The position numbers and the translations under genes were made by a program. A stretch of 56,393 bases of DNA, filler included, from Sphacelaria rigidula (taxonomy: Eukaryota), in assembly GCA_964200075.2 (NCBI GenBank). It is 7 parts of 7 records of this genome, joined end to end, with 100 filler letters (N's around TTAATTAATTAA, not from the genome) between each part and the next. Parts side by side here need not be neighbours in the genome. Positions count along the whole stretch, not along the records: positions 48,424 to 56,393 come from CAXNAA020012799.1; 6 more parts are not named here. The stretch is one strand, 5' to 3'. Below the pieces are notes generated by a model. That model saw only the letters and a program-made list of their open reading frames with translations. It was not told the DNA's origin and searched no databases. This document shows, in pieces, positions 49,313 through 56,393 of the stretch. The first letter of the stretch is position 1. Each line of letters opens with the position of its first letter.

Positions 49313-52300
49313 CTCTGATTGCTGAAGCTCCCTGTTGAGCTCCTTCGCCATGTACACATTCTTTCTGCTGAACATCTCGAATAACCTGGACCGCAACTCT
49401 TTTGGTTCCAGCTTCTCCCTTGCACCCTTGTTGGCTTCCCCCTTTGCCTCCAATTTTGCCTTGAAGAATCGATAAATTTCCACGGAACAGGGCCAGTTGG
49501 GCGGGGAGGGCGAGGAGGGGGGGGAGGGGGGGGGGGGGTGAAGGTTACACCACGCTTGTATTTCTCGGGCCCGTTCCTAGATGATGAAAAACAGCGTGAT
49601 TGCGTCCAATTGTAGCACGTTCTCCATTTCACGTTTTCCATTATATGTTTATTCATGTATTCAAATATTCGAGGTTCACTCCTCCTGTAAAAATACATGT
49701 TGCTATGCTATTAAATCGTCAACCGCACGTGAGCTAACTTCAAAAAGCCAATTCGAAGCTCACGAGGTGGTGGAAATGCATCCGAACGATACGTCCTCTG
49801 TCCCAAAAGTCTGCCGGGCTATGTTTGTACGGGTCCTCAACCATATCCGATTTCTGTACTCGTGTCTTTTTTTTAGATATATTTAGAATTCTTCAGCATT
49901 TTATTCAGCGAAACCTTTTTTTTTGTTCATTAATTAGACTTTTCCCTATACGACCGAATGGCCGAAAAAGAGCAGTCGGTCCGAAAATGGGCGTACTTCG
50001 CCCCTTTGGGGAAAAGAAAGAGGAGAAACCGAAACAAAAGAACCAAAAAACAACAAACTCTTCGCTTTAACTTCCTATTTGTACGGAGGCTAGCCACGTC
50101 TCTTGATCCATCCTAAACCGCTTCTGTCACGTCATCACTTCTGTTCAGCACGAAAATGGCAATAAACTTCAAGGGTCGGACGAATCAATGATTCGTCCGG
50201 AAATTACTTGATTTTAGTGCAATTGATTCGTACCGTACGACTCAATCCTCAGGGTTTGTTTTCAGCATTGCAACCCACGTACGCGCAGCCCAGGCACGTG
50301 GAATGGCGCAAAAGTTGTGTGGAGACCTTCTCGACCAGCAGGAATTTGATTTTTCTCTTTCGAGCGATCAGGGGTAAGAAATCGTGAATTTGGTGATTTC
50401 GAAGCGGCGATGATTCGTCCAAACGGTGAAAAACTCAGCCAAATTTTGGTCCAAACCGGATTCGAAGTGGCCAAAATTGGGTCAAAATCTGACCCAAAAA
50501 TCATGTACACAACAATACATTTCATTTGTTTTCCTTCTCTTCTTGTTCTATGAGCATCTCCATACTTCCATCTCTTCACCGACCCCAAGTACAGCATCGT
50601 GAGCGCCTCCGTTCGGGAGATACGACCTGTACACCCCACAACCGAGCGTACTCACGTAGGGGACAGAGGAAGTATATACGTACCATAATACAGTACATGT
50701 GTACCTGTTGCGCTCTATGAAAGGCAGCATCGAAGGCTGTGCCCTTCCTTGACATGGTATCCCGCGCAGCCTTGTGCACCTCCGCCATCCCCACCTCTTC
50801 AGTTGTCCTGGATTCACCACCGTGGCCGATCGAAACGGATTAAGGGACCCATCGTCAATTCCGTCCGGAGGGCTGGTACCACACAGAAAAATAACACCCG
50901 GCAACGGGATAACTTATAACCCCGAACAAGAAGCAGTGATTCTAAGTCAGTCCCGCGTGTGCATTGTGGCGGTCCGATCAGCCAACTTTGCCGTCTCGAG
51001 TGAGTATCCAATCAACCTGATGACTAAATGCATCTGCAGTCAACGACGGATATAAGTACGCGTACACGGGGCTGCTCCGGCGTTCGATCGCCGTCAGTGC
51101 TACAGAAAGTCCGAGACAGACAGAGACAGCCAGAGACAGATAAATATACAGAGACAGGGACAGAGGCAGATCATTCTTGTCATGGGTAAAATTTTACTGA
51201 CGACAAAAACAAAAAAGGCCATACGCCGCCGTGTGGAAGAGCACTCTCAACAACCACTACAAATGGCTGCCTGCTGTGACCCTTGTGTGTGTTCGCAAGT
51301 TTTTCACGCCTTAGACAAAAAGAGTATACCGGCACAAAGTGTGCTGCTTTACGGTATCGAATCTGATGTATCTTGTATATTGCAACAGACAAAAGATGCC
51401 ATACTGTCTGTACGCAATACACTTCGTGCCCATGAAATCTGTCCAGGGTATGAACTCTAGTTTTTCGGCTTCGCCCTGTTTTCGTTGGTAATTTACAGTG
51501 CCTCGAAGTTAATACACCACCTCCACTTACCGCTGTCTATTGCTGTTCGATATGAAAACGAGAACGGACAGGCGGGGCACCTAGGGGCAAGTAGGTCACC
51601 CTGGAAGAGCATGTATCTTTTTCAGTCGATACCCTAGATTATCCTGAAATACACAGTACCTTATTCAGTTGATATACTGTAGGTACCCTGGAATACTCAG
51701 CACCTTTTGTCAGTCGATTTACTTCATGTACCCTGGAATACTCAGTACCCTTTGTTCAGTCGATATACTCTATGTACTATATAATACTCGGTACTTTTTT
51801 AGGTCGATACCCTAGATTTTCCTGGAATACACGGTACGTGGTACGAAGTAGGTCGATAACCTAAAATACCCTGGAATACACAGTACCTTTTTCAGTCGGT
51901 ATCCCCTAGGTGCCATAGGATAGTCTGTATTCCTAGCAGTCGATACCCTAGGTACATCGAATGTGATTCAGTACTCTCTGCAGTCGGGTACTGGAGGTGC
52001 TTTCGAAGACTCAGTATTTCAGAAGCCAAAATCCTCAGGAACCCCGGAATACTCCGTAAATCCGCCGTGATATACTTCAGGCAACCTGGAGAGTCATGCC
52101 ACCATATGGGGGGGGGGGCATACTCATTTGTCGCTTGCCTTCGTGATTTGTCCATTTTGACCACGCATTCCTTTCGACACGGAGCACCGTTCCTGCTGCT
52201 GATAAGAAAACCTCCAATATTTCGGCGCTCATTACGTTTCTGACATACATTACACAGTAAACTTTCTACATATATTCTCTCCTTCCTGTTTCGCCGTCTG

Positions 52301-54788
52301 TGACCACCATCCATCTCCTAGTATAGCCGTTCTCTCACCACTGTTCGATGTATCAAACGTTTTCATGCCACCCTCGTTTACTTCCCATATCTCCCCCTCC
52401 AACACGTCCCATCCCTCTTTGTATAGTTCACATCTGCCACAAGATGAGTTTTACTCTCTGTTGTTTCGCCACAGGGGCAATCCTGTGCATCCACCTCCTC
52501 CCCCACTGGACTACCGGTATACCTCTTCCTTCTTTCTGGGGGGGGGGGGGAGCATTTTGGGGCATTTCTACCGCGAAATTCCATTTCAAATCGTCGTTGA
52601 AAGCAGCAACGGTTGTTCGAACGCGCTTGCTACCGATGAATAATGCTCCTTCATTATGCGTGACACCGTGTTTACCCAAATGCAAGCGCACCGCAAGTGT
52701 GTTAGGTCGTCCGACACCCCATACGGGCCATTCTTTCGTGGAGTCAAACATCCCCTCCCCCTCTCCCACCCCCTCAATATCGTAGCATGACTCTGGAAGA
52801 CTCTGTTAATTCGGCAGTGAATTCCCTGGGAACCATGAAATAGTTCAGAACGGCGCTGACGACCTTCACCTTGCCAAAACATAGAGCTCGGGAATGGTTG
52901 TCTAACCAATAACAAGTTGAATGGTTACGGGTAGCGTACTCATTGACCAGTTAAATGGTACATATTGGTTTCGGTCATCGAGCGGCGCAGCCGCGAGCCG
53001 AAAAGACCCGCCCGGCAGAGGGGGGGAAGGGCGCTGGAGACGCCGTGCCGGAGGCACGTTTGTACGCGAACTGCCTTCACTAGAGCTAAAAAATACGTCA
53101 AATTTGGGCCAATTTCAAGGGCTGTATGTAGCATACGTAGCCGGTAGCGGTAAATAATGGTTTGAAACCATTATCCATTTTTTCATGTAACCATTACCAT
53201 TATTACCATTACAATGAAATTGGTCAGTTGTAACTGGTACTATTTCCGAGCTCTACAAAAAAAAACGATTGACTGCACTTACCGCTCCTTCATGGTGTTG
53301 GACACAAGTCGGCGCTTCACGAGGTTGGTGTAACTGCTTCCCATCTCCGGCTGCATGAGATACTGTCGCTTGATCGTGGCCGCTATTGCCGTACTCCCTG
53401 GTTTTCAATTTTCATTTTGATTTTCCGTCAGTTTCGACTCAATTGTCTTTCATTTCATTCATCAACAAAGTATACTATACTACTGCGGCAACGAAAAAAA
53501 AATGATACTCCGAACATGAAAGAAAGAAAAAAAGTAACGATTTTCCTTTTTCCTCGTCCTTTTCCATGCGTCAACAACTCTACACAAATAAACGCGAGTA
53601 CGCCGGCGCTTTCACTTACCTTACGTTGCTACACCACAAGAAAGAGCTATAATACAAAATCCCCGCACTACAGGCTACGTGTTCTGCACGCCACGTGTTG
53701 CCGAGATTTCGTCCCTCTACGTATCAAATCGCCATCGCTCATCAGAACACAGTGTCAACATATTCGTTGAAATGCCGCGCACTTTTCCCCATAAAATCGC
53801 GACGCACAGTACAGTACAGCAAGTAAGAGCAGATATCCATTCCTTCGCACATGATCTGGAACATGACTACGTAATTTTCACCTAATTCTCCCGTCGGCGG
53901 CCTGGTGAAAGCAAGCGCGTCTTCAATATCTCTCTTCCCCGACAGCTGGTAGTCCGGCAGTTTAGCCTTCGCACCCCCCTTAAACTTCGTCTCCATTCCC
54001 TGCCGAGGGAGGGAAAGGGGAGAGGGGGAAAGGGGGTGTATTCATGGTATTTCATGCCGTAGTCGTAAGGTCGTTGTCATGAGACCATGGACCTCGCACC
54101 CTTACGAAGCCGGGGCGGAGCACGCGGGATTTCCGCTGGGCCAGGTTCGCAATCAACCGCCAAGCGCGAAGCGCCGTGGTATGTTCGGGGAGTCGCATGA
54201 ATGGTGAGCTGCATGCTGCTACGATTGTTCGACTCGAAGCCTGCTGATTATCTTGCATGTGGGTGACAGCCTCCAATGAGTTGCTTCGTTTTCTGGGGGA
54301 GGGGGGGGTGGTATCTTACCCCTGTCTTGACGGACATGGTCTTTTCCTCGACGATGGTGCCATCAGCCTTCCTTGTCCGAATAGTCCTCACCACTAGATT
54401 CCCCACGCTATCGCCTTTCTCCAATGTCTCCCATGCCTTCCATACACTCGGCTGGGACACAGAATGGTAAACCGAGGAGATGAAACAGTCACAAACGAAC
54501 GGGAAAAAAGGGGAAGTGGTGGTAAAGGGGAGACAAAAAAACGAAAAATTCAAAAGTGGTTGACCTAGAGAGGAGGGGGGGGGGGGGAAGTACCCTCAGT
54601 TTCCCAGCACATTCGGAGTACAACAACGCCTACTTATCCCCACGGTATCTGAGGTATCTGAGGTGCAGAACTTGACAGCCAAGATCGAAATAAAGGGCAG
54701 GAAGTACACTCACCGCGATCTTGACGAGCCAACACTCTGAGCTGGCTCCTTCTAACGCCACCTCATTCTTCGGAACCTTCTTCGGTGC
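49313..54788 (-). CDS. GTF2F2: Transcription initiation factor IIF beta subunit (RAP30), partial
   Basis: Six phase-consistent exons: 54788-54714 (...VALEGASSECWLVKIA), 54451-54320 (PSVWKAWE...), 53999-53882, 53397-53283 (AATIKRQYLMQPEMGSSYTNLVKRR), 50807-50705 and 49459-49313 (REKLEPKELRSRLFEMFSRKNVYMAKELNRELQQSE, winged-helix start). The WLVKxP...W N-terminal motif and LFxxF...ELxxxxxQ are typical of RAP30. First and last exons were not found. Confidence 0.85.
51595..52060 (+). repeat. Degenerate minisatellite (ccctggaatac.cagtacc...cagtcgata), ~45-50-nt units
   Basis: About 8-10 imperfect tandem copies within a GTF2F2 intron. Confidence 0.75.
52882..53255. mobile_element. MITE (TIR tagagctcgg.aat / atttccgagctcta), possibly hAT-type
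   Basis: Terminal inverted repeats, subterminal tggtt/aacca arrays, and a near-matching flank duplication caaaaca/caaaaaa. Confidence 0.55.
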
Positions 54789-55464
54789 CTGTCCACGATC
54801 AAGAAACCATCGAAAAAAAACTTGTTTTCTGTTTTTTGCAACACGCACGGTAAACACTGGAAGAAAACAAAACGAACAAGCGCACAATCGTACTCTTACA
54901 CTGTCGTACACCTGAAAAAAACGTCCAGTCTGACTTGATGGACGCCAGGAAAAGGAAGACACACTTCACGCTCAAGTCACGTACTATGATACATAAAAAT
55001 GCAGACATTATCGGTAGAGGTCGACAGATTGCGGGAGTGCTGACCCAACGCCCGATAACAAATAGGCAGGCAGGTACAGAGGAATGAACAGACTCGTCCC
55101 GAGAAGGGTAGGACGGGGGGCGGGGCGGGGTTAAAGTATGAAAAAATAATAAATGACAATACATGGAGAGCACCTTTCTGGAGTTCCTATAATAGGGTTC
55201 CACACACTCCGGTCCCCTAGTAAGAGGTATCCAAAAGAGGTCCAGTCTCTCAGGAAAGGCTTGCCTTCTCTAATTAGAACAAGCGCAGCGTCAAGTATGC
55301 TCCACACTGTTGTTGCTGTCGTTGCTGTTGTTTTCTCCACACTAAAAATCGTTGCGAGATCTGCGCAGTACTTGCACTTCCGCAGTGGGCATCTGATGCG
55401 GACGTCCTCCGTGGTCACAAGCTATGATACGAAGTAATGTTTATTTTCGTATTTTATTTGTCGC

Positions 55465-55759
55465 ACTTTCAACCCCCCTCCTTCCTCGGGACGAGTTCCG
55501 TGGTTTCAAGGGATCAACCCATCTCTCCCCCGGTACACGCCTTGCATTTTGGTCTCCTGGACTGAATCATGACCATCAACACTCCTGCACCGCGTCAACT
55601 CTCGTCAAACAAAATCAGTCAACTACTTTGGTTACTCACGTTCTCACGCTTTACACGGTGGAAATCAGATACTACGAAGAAAAAACTCAACGCATCGGGG
55701 ATCGAACCCATCATCTCTCCACCCCCATGGCGACAGTCGGACCAGTACACCACCGGGGC
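55465..55759 (-). mobile_element. tRNA-headed SINE-like element, family G, inserted into a family F repeat
   Basis: Head CCCCGGTGGTGTACTGGTCCG...GGTTCGATCCCCG. The flanks on both sides are collinear with the uninterrupted 32740-33090. Confidence 0.72.
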
Positions 55760-56393
55760 GCGGCGGCAATGCTAACTACCCAAAATAAGGTGAAAGGAAG
55801 CCGAATAAAAATAAAATAAGACTCAGAAGAGTTCAACACAGACGCGATGCAAATAAATATATATATATATATATATTAACCTCACAAGATCCGGTGCCCC
55901 AGGCGACCGTTTCGGACTACTGGAGACAGAGCCCAACGCTCCCACTTGACAAGCGAAGCCAAACTAAAATAGAGCCAAACCTAGGAATCAAAGATCACCA
56001 GCCATCACAAAAACAATCGCATGGCTTTATCCTTGTACCTCTGCAAGGCCGGAGCCGAGACACTTTAGGCGACCAAAACTGAACTTTACAACTCAGCACA
56101 GACACAGCGGCTACGGTGGCCAGTCTACTGCGGGAACATAGTGCCCTCGTGTATACAATATACATTGTATATATATATGACACTTTTTATGACAAACCCC
56201 CCCCCGAAAAAAACGTGGCAAAACCTACACGTGAATCGAAATGGAAAGAGCCGAGCACAACGAGCAGCTGGGAATTCCCACGCTTGGCCTCGTTCTCGTC
56301 AATGTCACACATAAGAGGCGCTTCATGCAGCCTGGACCCAAACATCAGGCGCTGTATGACCATTTTTTTCGTGACACCTTTGGGCTGGTTGGG

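Noticed and set aside
47942..49459. Convergent or overlapping RBBP5 and GTF2F2 as a transcription-machinery cluster
   Set aside because: They are separated by an artificial linker between apparently unrelated contigs.

Overview
Eukaryotic, intron- and repeat-rich DNA. Exon style, repeat types and CCCTAA telomere-type units suggest a brown alga (Phaeophyceae); this is an inference. The window is probably not one locus: six identical 100-nt N/TTAATTAATTAA/N linkers split it into seven segments of 7971, 7971, 7971, 7970, 7970, 7970 and 7970 nt, which look like size-sorted unplaced contigs joined together. Segment 1: a near-complete GUCD1-like (C39-peptidase-like) gene on the minus strand, with a GC-AG intron, a large low-complexity insertion and a C-terminal extension carrying three ~24-aa repeats, plus a decayed Ty3/gypsy RT. 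Segment 2: LTR-retrotransposon debris (copia-like gag, gypsy RNaseH/integrase) and a 297-nt near-perfect hairpin. Segment 3: MITEs and foldbacks plus a possible decayed hAT transposase. Segment 4: 3' part of an unknown low-complexity protein gene. Segment 5: part of a multi-exon coiled-coil protein gene. Segment 6: five exons of an RBBP5/Swd1-like WD40 gene. Segment 7: six exons of a TFIIF beta (RAP30) gene. tRNA-headed SINE-like elements, MITEs and minisatellites are scattered throughout. I see no clearly new multi-gene system. All protein-family calls rest on motif recognition by eye, not on database searches.
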